Positions 25,105 to 35,128 of a stretch of DNA of 64,000 bases are shown here, piece by piece. Made by a program: the position numbers and the translations under genes. The stretch comes from Planctomycetota bacterium. GTDB lineage: Bacteria > Planctomycetota > UBA1135 > UBA2386. Each line of letters starts with the position of its first letter. The first letter of the stretch is position 1. The stretch covers positions 7,185 to 71,184 of the forward strand of contig DASRJH010000167.1 in the NCBI GenBank assembly GCA_035649575.1, written 5' to 3'. The notes under the pieces were generated by a model that saw nothing but the letters and a program-made list of their open reading frames with translations, was not told where the DNA came from and did no database searches.

Positions 25105-26871
25105 TCAGGCGTATCCCGACCATGGCGGGGCCGCGGCGAACGCGGCGTGGATCAGACCCACGTGCGAATAGGCCTGCGGGAAGTTGCCGCACATCGCGCC
25201 GGACGCGGGTTGCACACCCTCGGACAACAGCCCGAGCGGAGCGCGCACGCTCTGCAGGCGCCCCATGAGACTGCGCGCCTCGTCGATCCGGCCGATCGTG
25301 GCCAGCGCCTCGACGAGCCAGAAAGTGCACAGCGTGAAGGCTGTGGTCGGTACGCCGAAGCCGTCGTCGGTGCGGTAGCGGCGCAGCCAGCCGCCTTGGT
25401 CGAGCTCCTTCTGCACGACGTCCACGGTGGCGTGCATGCGCGCGTCGTCGGGCGGCAGCAGGCGCAGCGTGACCGCCTGCAGCAGCGCCGCATCGACCTC
25501 CTTGCCGCCGAAGTCGGCGACGAGGCACCCTCGCGCCGGGTCCAATGCCTGCGCCATCAGCAGCGCGCGGATCCGCTGCGCCGCGAGCTCGAACTCTTCG
25601 ACGAGCCCCGGGCGGTGGTGGGCCGCGATGCGGCTCATGCGGTCGGCGGCGGCCCAACACATCACGGCACTGAAGGTCTGCGGCCGCCAGTTCTCGCGAT
25701 ACTCCCAGATGCCGGCATCGGGCTGGCCTGCGACGAGCACGGCCTTGCGCGCGAGCCTAGTTACGAGATCGAGCACGGGTTCCGTGACCTGTTCGCGGAA
25801 CCGCGCGTCGAGAAAGAACGGCGCCAGCGCGATCACCATCTCGCCGAAGACGTCGTTCTGGCGGTGCGTCGCGGCCTGGTTCCCGACGCGCACCGGCCGT
25901 TGGCCGCCGAAGCCGGGCCAATCGTCGAGGACCTGCTCGGCCGGCACCGCCTTGCCGTCGATGCAGTAGAGCGGCGCGAGGTCGAGCTCCTTCGTCGAGC
26001 TCGCGACGTCGAGCAGGTATTGCAGGAACTGTTCGAGCTCGGCGAACTGGCCGAGCAGCCGGAACGCGCCGAGCGCATAGAACGAATCGCGCAGCCAGCA
26101 GTAGCGGTAGTCCCAGGTCCGCGTCGTGCCGGGCGCTTCAGGAATCGAAGTCGTCAGCGCCGCGACGATCGCGCCCGTGTCCTCGTAGCAATGCAGCTTC
26201 AGCGCGAGTGCCGAGCGGATGACTTCCTCCTGGTAGATCGACGGGATGTCGCACTGCTTCACCCATTGCCGCCAGTGCCGCACGGTCTGCTGCAGGAACC
26301 TGTCGCACAGCGGCTCGAGCGGTTCCTCGACCGGCGCCCCCCAGGACAGCACGAAGTGGCGGCGCTGGGTCAGCGCGAACGGCTCGCCGTCGAGATGCGC
26401 GAGCGCCGCATCGGTCGTCAGTCGCAGCTGGGCCGGATAGCCGTGCCACGCGATGTGGTGGGAGCCCATGTCCGAATGCGGCTGCTGCTTGGTCCAGCCG
26501 AGCACGGGACGGCAGTGCACGCGGATGCGCGGCGTGCCCGCGAGCGGCTCGATGATGCGGACGAGCTTGGCCGGACGGAAGACCCGCTCGTGCTGCATGA
26601 AGCGCGGCGCGAAGTCGAGCACGCGGAACTCGCCGTCGGCGGCCTTGAAGCGCGTCTCGAGCACGTTCGTGTTGCCGAGGTAGCTCTGGGTCCCCGACGA
26701 GCGGTCTGCCGGCGAGACCTCGAAACTGCCGCCATCCTGCGCGTCGAGCAGCGCGCCGAAGACCGGAGGGGAATCGAAGCGCGGCATGCAGGACCAGACG
26801 ATGGCGCCGCTGCGGTGCACCAGCGCGGAGATCTGGCAGTTGCCGATGAGACCGAGGTCGGCTAGATCCAC
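25105..26871 (-). CDS. Glycoside hydrolase family 15 (glucoamylase/trehalase-like)
   Basis: ORF 25105..27039 from the GTG at 26871: VDLADLGLIGNCQISALV...; YCWLRDSFYA; (alpha/alpha)6-type C-terminal region. Confidence 0.88.
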   Translation of the reverse strand: MDLADLGLIGNCQISALVHRSGAIVWSCMPRFDSPPVFGALLDAQDGGSFEVSPADRSSGTQSYLGNTNVLETRFKAADGEFRVLDFAPRFMQHERVFRPAKLVRIIEPLAGTPRIRVHCRPVLGWTKQQPHSDMGSHHIAWHGYPAQLRLTTDAALAHLDGEPFALTQRRHFVLSWGAPVEEPLEPLCDRFLQQTVRHWRQWVKQCDIPSIYQEEVIRSALALKLHCYEDTGAIVAALTTSIPEAPGTTRTWDYRYCWLRDSFYALGAFRLLGQFAELEQFLQYLLDVASSTKELDLAPLYCIDGKAVPAEQVLDDWPGFGGQRPVRVGNQAATHRQNDVFGEMVIALAPFFLDARFREQVTEPVLDLVTRLARKAVLVAGQPDAGIWEYRENWRPQTFSAVMCWAAADRMSRIAAHHRPGLVEEFELAAQRIRALLMAQALDPARGCLVADFGGKEVDAALLQAVTLRLLPPDDARMHATVDVVQKELDQGGWLRRYRTDDGFGVPTTAFTLCTFWLVEALATIGRIDEARSLMGRLQSVRAPLGLLSEGVQPASGAMCGNFPQAYSHVGLIHAAFAAAPPWSGYA

Positions 26872-26942
26872 GCCGCCATTCTGCGCCTCGTCGGTCCGGT
26901 CGCAAGGCTTGCCTTCGTGGGCATGTGGGGCATGATGGATCG

Positions 26943-29177
26943 ATGCGCCGCGCAGTGTGGTTCCTCGTGCTGCTGCTCGCGGGGCTGGGAGTGCTGGCGC
27001 TCGCCGGCTACTTCGTCCTGGCGCAGACGACGGGCGCATGGTTCGAGCGCGATCTCGAGCTGCGAACGCGTCTCGCAGTGGCCGCGGGTAGACGCAGCAT
27101 CCTCCACAACTGGGAGGACCCGAACAGCCTGAGCGGTGTGCTCGAGGACATCACGCGCGACGAGCGCATCCTCGGCGGTGCCGCGTGCTCCCCGACCGGG
27201 GATCCGCTTGCCGCGACAAGCAAGTTCCCGCGCGATCTGTCGATCAAGGCGATTCTCGGCACCACGGAAGACGACGGCTCTACGCACGCCGAGTCCTGGT
27301 GGAGGATCCGGGATCTCGAACACGGACGCGTGCACATCAGCGTCAATCCGATCCGGTCCACCGAGGGCGACCTGCTGCGCGGCTACGTGATCCTCGTGCA
27401 CGACCTGACCTTCGTGGCGCGACGCGAGTCGACGACGCGCCACCTGCTGCTCGCGGCGTTCTTCGTGCTCTCGATCGGCGCGGCGCTGATCACGATGGTC
27501 GCGGCTCGCCTGGCCTGGCGCCGGTGGACCGACGAACTGCGCGCGGCGCTGTCGGGCGGGCCCGCCGGCGGGTTCAAGCCGCTCGTGCGCGACGTGCGCT
27601 CGCTCGTGGCCAGGCTGGTCAGCGAGCGCCGCAGCGAAGCCGGTGCGGGGACCTGGAACCCGGCGCGGCTGCGCGCCACGCTGCGGCAGCACCTGCACGG
27701 CGAACGCGTGGTCGTCCTCGCCAACCGCGAGCCATACATCCACGAGCGCGTGAAGAACGTCGTGCACGTGCAGCACCCGGCCAGCGGCCTGGTCACGGCG
27801 CTCGAGCCGGTCATGCGCGCGTGCTCGGGCACCTGGGTCGCGCACGGGAGCGGCGGCGCCGACCGCGACTATGTCGACGACAAAGACCGGTTGCGCGTGC
27901 CGCCGGGCGAAGAGTCGTACACGGTGCGGCGCGTGTGGCTCGATGAAGCCGAGGAGAACGGCTACTACTACGGCTTCGCGAACGAGGGGCTGTGGCCACT
28001 CTGCCACCTCGCCCACACGCGCCCGGTGTTCCGCGTCGAGGATTGGGAGCACTACATGCAGGTGAACCGCAAGTTCGCGAAGGCGGTCACCGAGGAGGTG
28101 GACTCCGACGATCCGATCGTCCTGGTCCAGGACTATCACTTCGCGCTGGCGCCCAAGATGATCCGCGAACGGTTGCCGCGCGCCACGATCCTCACGTTCT
28201 GGCACATCCCGTGGCCCAACGCGGAAGTCGTCGGCATCTGCCCGTTCCGCGAAGAACTGATCTCTGGGTTGCTCGGGTCGAGCATCCTCGGCTTCCACAC
28301 CAAGCAGCACTGCAACAACTTCATCGACTCGGTCGACGCCTACGTCGAGAGTCGCATCGACCGCGAGACCGAGGCGATCGTGCAGGGGGCACGGCGAACG
28401 CTCGTGCGGCCCTACCCGATCTCGATCGACTGGCCCGTGCGGTGGCTCGAGGGCATGCCGTCGGTCGCCGAGTGCCGCGCTGCGGTGCGCAAGGAGCTCG
28501 AGCTGCCCGACGATGCGCTGCTCGGCGTAGGCGTCGATCGGCTCGACTACACGAAGGGCATCGAGGAGCGTCTGCTCGCCGTCGACCAGCTGCTCGCGCG
28601 TTACCCCGAATACCGCGGCCGGTTCTCGTTCGTGCAGTTGGCAGCGCCGAGCCGCACGAAGATCCAGCGGTATCGCGAGCTCGACGAACGCGTCGCGGCT
28701 CTCGTGACGTCGATCAACGACCGCTGGGGCACGGAGACCTGGCGGCCGATCAGACTGCTGCGCACGCACCACGAGCCGCCGGCCGTGTACCGACAGTATC
28801 GCGCCGCAGATTTCTGTTTCGTGAGCAGTCTTCACGATGGCATGAACCTCGTGGCCAAGGAGTTCGTCGCCGCGCGCGATGACGAGCGCGGCGTTCTGAT
28901 CCTCAGCCAGTTCACGGGTGCCGCGCGAGATCTGACCGAAGCCCTCGTGGTCAATCCGTACGACCTGCAGCAGTCCAGCGAGGCGATGGCGACCGCGCTG
29001 CAGATGCCGGTCACCGAGCAGACCGAGCGCATGCGGTCGATGCGGCGCCTCGTGGGGGAGTTCAACGTCTACCGGTGGGCAGGCCGCATGCTGATCGAAG
29101 CGGCCGAACTGCGGCGGCGCGAGCGACTGTCCGGGCGCATGATGTCGGTGTTCCGCTCGTCGGTCGCGAGCTCGTGA
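26943..29177 (+). CDS. otsA: Trehalose-6-phosphate synthase (GT20) with an N-terminal two-TM extension of about 250 aa
   Basis: ORF 26925..29177. The N-terminus has hydrophobic segments VWFLVLLLAGLGVLALAGYFVL and LLLAAFFVLSIGAALITMVAA. The GT20 core then follows: LANREPY...YYYGFANEGLWPLCH... Confidence 0.88.
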   Translation: MRRAVWFLVLLLAGLGVLALAGYFVLAQTTGAWFERDLELRTRLAVAAGRRSILHNWEDPNSLSGVLEDITRDERILGGAACSPTGDPLAATSKFPRDLSIKAILGTTEDDGSTHAESWWRIRDLEHGRVHISVNPIRSTEGDLLRGYVILVHDLTFVARRESTTRHLLLAAFFVLSIGAALITMVAARLAWRRWTDELRAALSGGPAGGFKPLVRDVRSLVARLVSERRSEAGAGTWNPARLRATLRQHLHGERVVVLANREPYIHERVKNVVHVQHPASGLVTALEPVMRACSGTWVAHGSGGADRDYVDDKDRLRVPPGEESYTVRRVWLDEAEENGYYYGFANEGLWPLCHLAHTRPVFRVEDWEHYMQVNRKFAKAVTEEVDSDDPIVLVQDYHFALAPKMIRERLPRATILTFWHIPWPNAEVVGICPFREELISGLLGSSILGFHTKQHCNNFIDSVDAYVESRIDRETEAIVQGARRTLVRPYPISIDWPVRWLEGMPSVAECRAAVRKELELPDDALLGVGVDRLDYTKGIEERLLAVDQLLARYPEYRGRFSFVQLAAPSRTKIQRYRELDERVAALVTSINDRWGTETWRPIRLLRTHHEPPAVYRQYRAADFCFVSSLHDGMNLVAKEFVAARDDERGVLILSQFTGAARDLTEALVVNPYDLQQSSEAMATALQMPVTEQTERMRSMRRLVGEFNVYRWAGRMLIEAAELRRRERLSGRMMSVFRSSVASS

Positions 29178-29944
29178 TGACCCGGTTGCCACGGACGCTG
29201 GTGCCGGTGCTCGAGCGGCTTGCGCGCCGCCGTGTCCTGCTGGGTTTCGATTTCGACGGCACGCTGGCCCCGATCGTCGCCGACCGGACGGCCGGCCAGA
29301 TGCGTGCTGAGACGCGGGCGCTGCTGGCCCGGGTCTGTTCGCTGTATCGGTGCGCGATCATCTCGGGGCGCAGTGTCGGCGACCTGCGCGGGCGGCTCGC
29401 GGGTGTCCACCCGCGGTATCTGTTCGGCAACCACGGCATCGAGCCGAGTCCGAGCATGCAGCGGTTCCGGCCGGCGATCGCGGCAGCTCGGGCACACCTC
29501 GTCGCCGCGCTGCAGTCGTGGTCCGACATCGACATCGAGGACAAGACCTATTCGCTGTCGCTGCACTATCGCGATTCGCCCCGGCCGGCCAGCGCGCGCC
29601 GGGCCATCGTTCGGGCCCTCGCCGCGCTGCGCCTGCCGTTGCGCCTCGTCGCGGGCAAGCAGTTGGTCAACGCGGTGCCGCTCGGCGCGCCGCACAAGGG
29701 CGACGTCATGTCGGCGCTCTGCCGGCGCGAACGCGTCGAGGCGGCGCTCTACGTCGGCGACGACATCACCGACGAGGATGTGTTCGCGCTCGATCGCAAG
29801 GACCTGGCAACCGTGCGGGTCGGGCGATCGCGGCGATCACGCGCCCGGGCCTTCCTGCGCGACCAGGCCAGCGTGGATTCGCTGCTCGAGCTGCTCGCGG
29901 AGCTGCGCGCGGGCGGTCTGCGCCGCGGAATTGCGCCGGCATGA
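29177..29944 (+). CDS. otsB: Trehalose-6-phosphate phosphatase (HAD)
   Basis: In frame with ORF 29075..29944. The ATG at 29177 overlaps the otsA stop. HAD motif I is LGFDFDGTLAPIV. Confidence 0.85.
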   Translation: MTRLPRTLVPVLERLARRRVLLGFDFDGTLAPIVADRTAGQMRAETRALLARVCSLYRCAIISGRSVGDLRGRLAGVHPRYLFGNHGIEPSPSMQRFRPAIAAARAHLVAALQSWSDIDIEDKTYSLSLHYRDSPRPASARRAIVRALAALRLPLRLVAGKQLVNAVPLGAPHKGDVMSALCRRERVEAALYVGDDITDEDVFALDRKDLATVRVGRSRRSRARAFLRDQASVDSLLELLAELRAGGLRRGIAPA

Positions 29945-29988
29945 GGCGTTGCGCTGCAACCGGGCGCGCGTCCGGTGCACATTGCAGC

Positions 29989-30684
29989 ATGCACGAAGTG
30001 AACGACGAACGGGCGCCGCCGCTGCAGCACGGTCCGCGGGAGCGCATCCTCCAGCTCGGCGAACCACGTCTCAGCGATGCCGAGTGCCTCGCATTGATCC
30101 TGCGCACGGGCAGGCGCGGCGAGGGGGCGGAACAGGTCGGGCAGCGCTTGCTGCGGCGATTCGGCGGCATGCCGGGGCTCGCGGCGGCGAGTGTGCGCGA
30201 GATCGCGGCGACGGCCGGCGTGGGGCCGGTGCGCGCGGCGGCGCTCTCGGCCGCGTTCGGGCTCGCGCGCCGGCTCACGGAGGCCGCGCTGCGGCCCGGC
30301 ACGGCGGTGCGGCGCGGCGGCGACGTGGCGCGCATCGTGCGCGATTCGGCCCGCGGCACGCGTCGCGAGAGCTTCTTCGCGGTGCTGCTCGACGTGCGCC
30401 ACCGCGTGTTGTCGCTGCAGGTAGTCAGCACGGGCAGCGTCGACGGCGCCCCCGTGCATCCGCGCGAGGTCTATTCGCCGGCGATCCGCGACGGGGCCGT
30501 CGCCGTCGTCGTCGCGCACAACCATCCTTCGGGGGATCCGTCGCCGAGTGCCGAGGATCGCGTGGTCACCGACCGCCTGCGTCAGGTGGGGGTCGTCGTG
30601 GGCATCCACCTGCTCGATCACCTCGTGGTCGGCGCCCAGCGTTACTACAGCTTTGCCGAGGAAGCGTTCTTCCCCATGACGTGA
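29989..30684 (+). CDS. radC: RadC-family JAMM-motif protein
   Basis: C-terminal 231 codons of ORF 29350..30684: MHEVNDE...LSDAECLALILRTG...VAHNHPSGDPSPSAED. Confidence 0.9.
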   Translation: MHEVNDERAPPLQHGPRERILQLGEPRLSDAECLALILRTGRRGEGAEQVGQRLLRRFGGMPGLAAASVREIAATAGVGPVRAAALSAAFGLARRLTEAALRPGTAVRRGGDVARIVRDSARGTRRESFFAVLLDVRHRVLSLQVVSTGSVDGAPVHPREVYSPAIRDGAVAVVVAHNHPSGDPSPSAEDRVVTDRLRQVGVVVGIHLLDHLVVGAQRYYSFAEEAFFPMT

Positions 30685-30818
30685 CGGTTGCTCGCGTTCG
30701 CAAGGCGAATGGGATATGGAACGCGGTGCGCGGAGCCCACTTGCCGTCATCGCATCGAGCCCTCGAGCCCAGGCACGGAGCAGAGCCGGATCACGGCGAG
30801 AGGTTCGAGCGTCACCAC

Positions 30819-32312
30819 GTGTCGTGCCTGCTGCTCGTCACGGCGATCGCCGCCGCGCTGCGTCTCTGGCACCTCGGCGAGTGGTCGATGTGGGTCGACG
30901 AAGCCCACACCTGGCGCGACGCGACGATGCAGCTCGTGGGCGAACACGGGCTCCTGCGCGAAGACCGCGTGTTCTACGCGCTGACCTTCCTCGGGCTGCG
31001 AGGCCTGCTGAACCTCGGGTGGATCGGCGGCGACGAGTTCTCACTGCGGCTGCCGTTCGCCCTGGTCGGCATCCTCTCGGTGCCCGTGATCGCGATGTGC
31101 GGACGGCGCCTCGTCGGGGCCTGGGCCGCCGTACTGGCGGCGGCGTTCTGCGCCGTGTGTCCGTGGCACATCTACTGGAGCCAGAACGCGCGCGGCTACA
31201 TCCTCGTGTTCCTGTTCGCGGCCATCGCTGCGAATCGGGCGATCGTCGCGATCGAGACGGGACGCGCGCGCGACCTGCTCGCGACGTTCGCCGCGATCGG
31301 CGTTGCCACGCTGTTCCACACGACCGGAGGCCTGCTGGCGGCCGGGTTCTTCGGGTTCCTGTTCTTGCGCCGGTCTGCCCCGCGCGGTCGCGCGGTCGCG
31401 CGCGTCGCGGTCTTTGCACTCGTCGTGGGCTTGGTGCTGCCCTGGCTCGTGCAGCACTCGCCGTTCCAGGACTTCGTGAGGTCGAAGGGGGAGGAGCTGT
31501 CCGTGCTGCATCTCGTGCAGACGACCGCGTACTACTTCCGGCCGCTCGTCCTGCTCGTCGGCGCGGCTGGGCTCTGGCTCGCGCTGCCCGTGCTGGGCCG
31601 CGACCGCACGCTGCTGCTCGGTTGCCTGCTGCTCGTGCCTTTCTTCGTGCTGGTCGCCGTAGCGGGCCAGGTCGCGAAGGTCACCGCGCGCTATGCCTTC
31701 TGCGCGCTGCCCGCGCTGCTGTGGCTCGCGGCGTTCGCCTGCACGCGGCTCGCGGCCGCAGTCACCCAGAGCAGGATCGACGGTCAGAGCAGCGTGCGCA
31801 CGCACCGCGTCGCGGCAGCCCTGTTGCCCGTGCTGCTGCTCGCCGAGTATGGCCTTCACGACGTCTGGTATCACGGCTCGCAGCACGGCCAGCGCGGTCT
31901 CTGGCGCGAGGCCTGCGCGATGGCGAGAGAGCGGGCCGGCGCCGGTGCGCTGCGTGTGCTGAGCACGAACGAACCGACGTGCCTGTATTACCTGCGTCCG
32001 CGCCACTGGTCGTCCGGCAACGTGGACGAGTATCGGAAGCTCTCGGTGTGGCCGCTGGAGCGTTGGCTGATCGCTCTCGAGAAGGTCCATCCACCTGGCG
32101 GCGAACCCCATCTGCGTTGGCACATCGACCAGGCACAGCGCGACGTTGCCCAGTTCGTCGTGCTCGTGACGCTGCCGGAACTGCAGGCAAAGGACCAGGA
32201 CGGCTCGGTGCTGGCCACGCTGCGGCGCGACTTCGAGCTCATCGCGCACCTGCCGTGCTGGGTCGGGCCGAAGGACGAGAGCATCTACGTCTACGTTCCG
32301 AAGGGAACCTGA
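30819..32312 (+). CDS. GT-C fold membrane glycosyltransferase (PMT_2/ArnT-like, GT39/83-type)
   Basis: C-terminal part of ORF 29220..32312: polytopic, with WVDEAHTW near the first loop. The start is uncertain; the GTG at 30819 is used, and the TTG at 30741 is possible. Confidence 0.72.
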   Translation: MSCLLLVTAIAAALRLWHLGEWSMWVDEAHTWRDATMQLVGEHGLLREDRVFYALTFLGLRGLLNLGWIGGDEFSLRLPFALVGILSVPVIAMCGRRLVGAWAAVLAAAFCAVCPWHIYWSQNARGYILVFLFAAIAANRAIVAIETGRARDLLATFAAIGVATLFHTTGGLLAAGFFGFLFLRRSAPRGRAVARVAVFALVVGLVLPWLVQHSPFQDFVRSKGEELSVLHLVQTTAYYFRPLVLLVGAAGLWLALPVLGRDRTLLLGCLLLVPFFVLVAVAGQVAKVTARYAFCALPALLWLAAFACTRLAAAVTQSRIDGQSSVRTHRVAAALLPVLLLAEYGLHDVWYHGSQHGQRGLWREACAMARERAGAGALRVLSTNEPTCLYYLRPRHWSSGNVDEYRKLSVWPLERWLIALEKVHPPGGEPHLRWHIDQAQRDVAQFVVLVTLPELQAKDQDGSVLATLRRDFELIAHLPCWVGPKDESIYVYVPKGT

Positions 32313-32350
32313 CGTTGCCTTGGGACCGGAAACGGCCGATCATCGCGCCC

Positions 32351-33523
32351 ATGCAGCCGTCCGCGATCTTGTGCGCCTTCTTCACCCCGCTGATGGTGCT
32401 CGGCGCACAAGAGCCGCCGAGCGATGCCCCGAACAAGGTGCCGAGCGACTTCGCGCGCTTCGTCGCGGTCGGTGACGGCGGCCACTTCGACACCGCGATC
32501 ACCACCTACAAGAAGGGTCCGGTCGAGTTGGTGCTGTTCGCGGCCGTGCACATCGCCGACCAGGCCTGCTACGCGACGCTCAACGATCGCTTCACGACCT
32601 GCGATGCGCTGCTCTACGAGCTCGTCGGCCCGGCCGACTACCGGCCGACGAAGGACCGCGAAGAGGGCTTCAATCCGCTCTCGATGCTGCAGCACGGCAT
32701 CAAGAACTCGATGGAGCTCACGTTCCAGCTCGACGAGATCGACTATTCGCCGGCCAACTTCGTACATGCGGACATGACTCCCGAGGAGTTCCAGGACAGC
32801 ATGGACGAACGCGGCGAGACCATCCTCTCGATCATGCTCAACATGATGATGTCGGGCATGAAGCTGCAGCAGGAGCAGGCCGAGAACCCCGACGCGACAC
32901 CGCCGCCACAGCTCGACCTCGTGAAGGCGTTCCGCAGCGGCGAGGGCCGGCACCAGCTGCGCATGGTGTTCGCTTCGCAGCTCGAGGCGATCGAGACCCT
33001 TGCCGTCGGCGGCGAGAAGGGCAGCACGCTGCTCGAAGGTCGCAACGAGAAATGCCTGCAAGTGCTGCAGCGCGAGATGGAGGCCGGCAAGAGGAAGCTC
33101 GGGATCTACTACGGCGCCGCGCACCTGCCGCACATGGAGCGGCGTCTCGTCGAGGACCTCGGCTTCCAGAAGACCGGACACGAGTGGCTCGTCGCGTGGG
33201 ACTGCACGAAGCGGCCCGATGCGAAGTACGACCGCGCGCTCGTGAAGCTGCGACAGCAGTGCAAGTCCGAGCTGCAGACCCTCGCGGCCGCAGCGCGCGC
33301 GTTCCGCCGCGCGCAGGACGCCCCCGCCGTGCCGACCGTGCGCGAGCTCGCCGCCGAGCGCGACCAGCGTTGGTACACCGGTCCCGTGCAGGATCCGTGG
33401 GGGCGCGACTACGTGGTGCGCAAGCGACCGACCGGCCTGCGCTGGGAGGTCATGAGCGCCGGCCAGGACGGCGCAGCGGGCACCGCGGACGATCTCGTCG
33501 CGCAGGAACCACGCGGGAAGTGA
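32351..33523 (+). CDS. Secreted TraB/GumN-like domain fused to a C-terminal type II secretion GspG-like globular domain
   Basis: C-terminal 390 codons of ORF 30716..33523. Signal peptide MQPSAILCAFFTPLMVLGAQ. LFAAVHIAD...IYYGAAHLPHMERRLVEDLGF fits a TraB/GumN-like pattern. The end, DPWGRDYVVRKRPTGLRWEVMSAGQDGAAGTADDL, matches the GspG C-terminal pattern. Confidence 0.62.
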   Translation: MQPSAILCAFFTPLMVLGAQEPPSDAPNKVPSDFARFVAVGDGGHFDTAITTYKKGPVELVLFAAVHIADQACYATLNDRFTTCDALLYELVGPADYRPTKDREEGFNPLSMLQHGIKNSMELTFQLDEIDYSPANFVHADMTPEEFQDSMDERGETILSIMLNMMMSGMKLQQEQAENPDATPPPQLDLVKAFRSGEGRHQLRMVFASQLEAIETLAVGGEKGSTLLEGRNEKCLQVLQREMEAGKRKLGIYYGAAHLPHMERRLVEDLGFQKTGHEWLVAWDCTKRPDAKYDRALVKLRQQCKSELQTLAAAARAFRRAQDAPAVPTVRELAAERDQRWYTGPVQDPWGRDYVVRKRPTGLRWEVMSAGQDGAAGTADDLVAQEPRGK

Positions 33524-33526
33524 ACG

Positions 33527-35128
33527 TCACCAGTCGGACTGCACGCCGAGCTCCTTGGGCCTGCCCTTGGCCGCTGCCACCTGCCAGCCTGTCCAGAACG
33601 CGAGCCGCGCCACGGCCTCCATGCGCACGTAGTCGAGCTTGTCCGCCGAGTCGCTGACCTGGTGGTAGTCCGGGTGCTCGCCGTCGCAGAAGAACACGAC
33701 GGGCACACCCTTGACTGCGAAGTTGTAGTGGTCGCTGCGCTGATAGTACTGGTCGCCGCTGATGAAGGTGATGCCGAACCTCGCTCCGAGCGCCACGCCA
33801 TCCTGCACGATCGACGAGTACTTCTCGTGCTGAAAGCTCGGCGTCACCTGCATCAGCGTCTTGCCGTCCTTCTCGGCGGCGCGCCCGATCATGTCGATGT
33901 TGATGTCGGCGACGATCTTGTCGAGCGGCCACGACGGGTGCTCCGAGAACCACTTCGAGCCCCACAGGCCGAGCTCCTCGCCGCTCACCGATAGGAACAC
34001 GATCGAGCGCTCGGGACGCTCGCCGCCCTTGGCGAACGCTTCCGCGATCTCGAGCAGGCCCGCGGAACCGCTCGCATTGTCGTCGGCACCGTTGAACGCG
34101 TCGCCGTCGAGCCGTTGGCCGATGTGGTCGTGGTGCGCCGAGAAGACGACGCACTCGCTCTTGCGGCTCCTGCCTTCGAGCACTGCCACGACATTGGACG
34201 AAGTCGCCTTGTCGTCGACCTTGATCCCGATCACGAGTTTGCCGGTCACCTTGTCGTTGGTCGGCGCCGCCGCTCCGCCCTCCTCGCGGACGACTATGCC
34301 GATGCGCGCGAACAACAGCTGGCTCTGCTCGGCCGACAGCACGAACAGCGGGATTGCATTGCCGGGGTCGCCGCCGCTCGCGTCGTAGCGCAGCAACGGG
34401 TGGTCGGGCAGCAGTCCCTGGTTGTTGAGCACGTCGCCGTACGAGGTCTTGTCGTCGAGCAGGCAGACGACGCCGGCCGTGGCACCGCGGCTGCCGAGTT
34501 TCTGCGCGACGTCGGCGAAGCGGTTGGTCGCCATCGCGCTGCCGGCCAGCCCCATGGCCTTCGGCAGCTTGTGCAACACGACGAGCGGGAGCTTGCCTGC
34601 GAGATCGCTCGTGATCTGGCCGGCGGTGCCGTTGCCGCACCAGACGAACTTGCCGCCGAGCGCGATCTTCGCATCGCGCCGCGGCGCCAGCACCGCGAAC
34701 CTCGTCGCAACCTTGAGATCGCCGACCTGCAGCGACGTGCTCGGATCGAGTGCCGTTCGGATCAGCGGGTAGCTCTGCAGGAAGCCCTTTTTGTCGCCGA
34801 GCGGCCTGAGCCCGAGCTTCTGGAAGTGCTCAGCGACGTACTTGGCGGTCGCCTGTTGGCCCTTGCTGCTCGTGTAGCGTCCTTCGCGCGCATCGTCGGC
34901 GAGCCAGTAGGCGTGCGTGCGCAGCCCGTTGCGCTCGACGAGCTGCAGATGCGGGGGTGCGCCTTCGGGCAGCGCCGCAGGCGCGCCGAGGTCCGGCAGC
35001 GAGGGAGCGCTCTCGGTGCCGCCCGGCGCCGGCGCCGGGGCCGGGGCCTGGGCCGACAGCACGCAGGCACAGGCTGCCACGACAACAAAGGGGATCCGCA
35101 GCATTCGTGCGATCGTAGCGCGTGTCAT
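33527..35128 (-). CDS. Secreted M28-family aminopeptidase
   Basis: C-terminal 533 codons of ORF 33527..35872. Signal peptide LRIPFVVVAACACVLSAQA. Motifs SAHHDHIG, GADDNASGSAGLLE, SGEELGLWGS. ATGA overlap with the TerC stop. Confidence 0.88.
   Translation of the reverse strand: MTRATIARMLRIPFVVVAACACVLSAQAPAPAPAPGGTESAPSLPDLGAPAALPEGAPPHLQLVERNGLRTHAYWLADDAREGRYTSSKGQQATAKYVAEHFQKLGLRPLGDKKGFLQSYPLIRTALDPSTSLQVGDLKVATRFAVLAPRRDAKIALGGKFVWCGNGTAGQITSDLAGKLPLVVLHKLPKAMGLAGSAMATNRFADVAQKLGSRGATAGVVCLLDDKTSYGDVLNNQGLLPDHPLLRYDASGGDPGNAIPLFVLSAEQSQLLFARIGIVVREEGGAAAPTNDKVTGKLVIGIKVDDKATSSNVVAVLEGRSRKSECVVFSAHHDHIGQRLDGDAFNGADDNASGSAGLLEIAEAFAKGGERPERSIVFLSVSGEELGLWGSKWFSEHPSWPLDKIVADINIDMIGRAAEKDGKTLMQVTPSFQHEKYSSIVQDGVALGARFGITFISGDQYYQRSDHYNFAVKGVPVVFFCDGEHPDYHQVSDSADKLDYVRMEAVARLAFWTGWQVAAAKGRPKELGVQSDW

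Noticed and set aside
26862-29192. 776-aa minus-strand ORF
   Set aside because: It is antisense to otsA, whose plus-strand frame carries unmistakable GT20 motifs.
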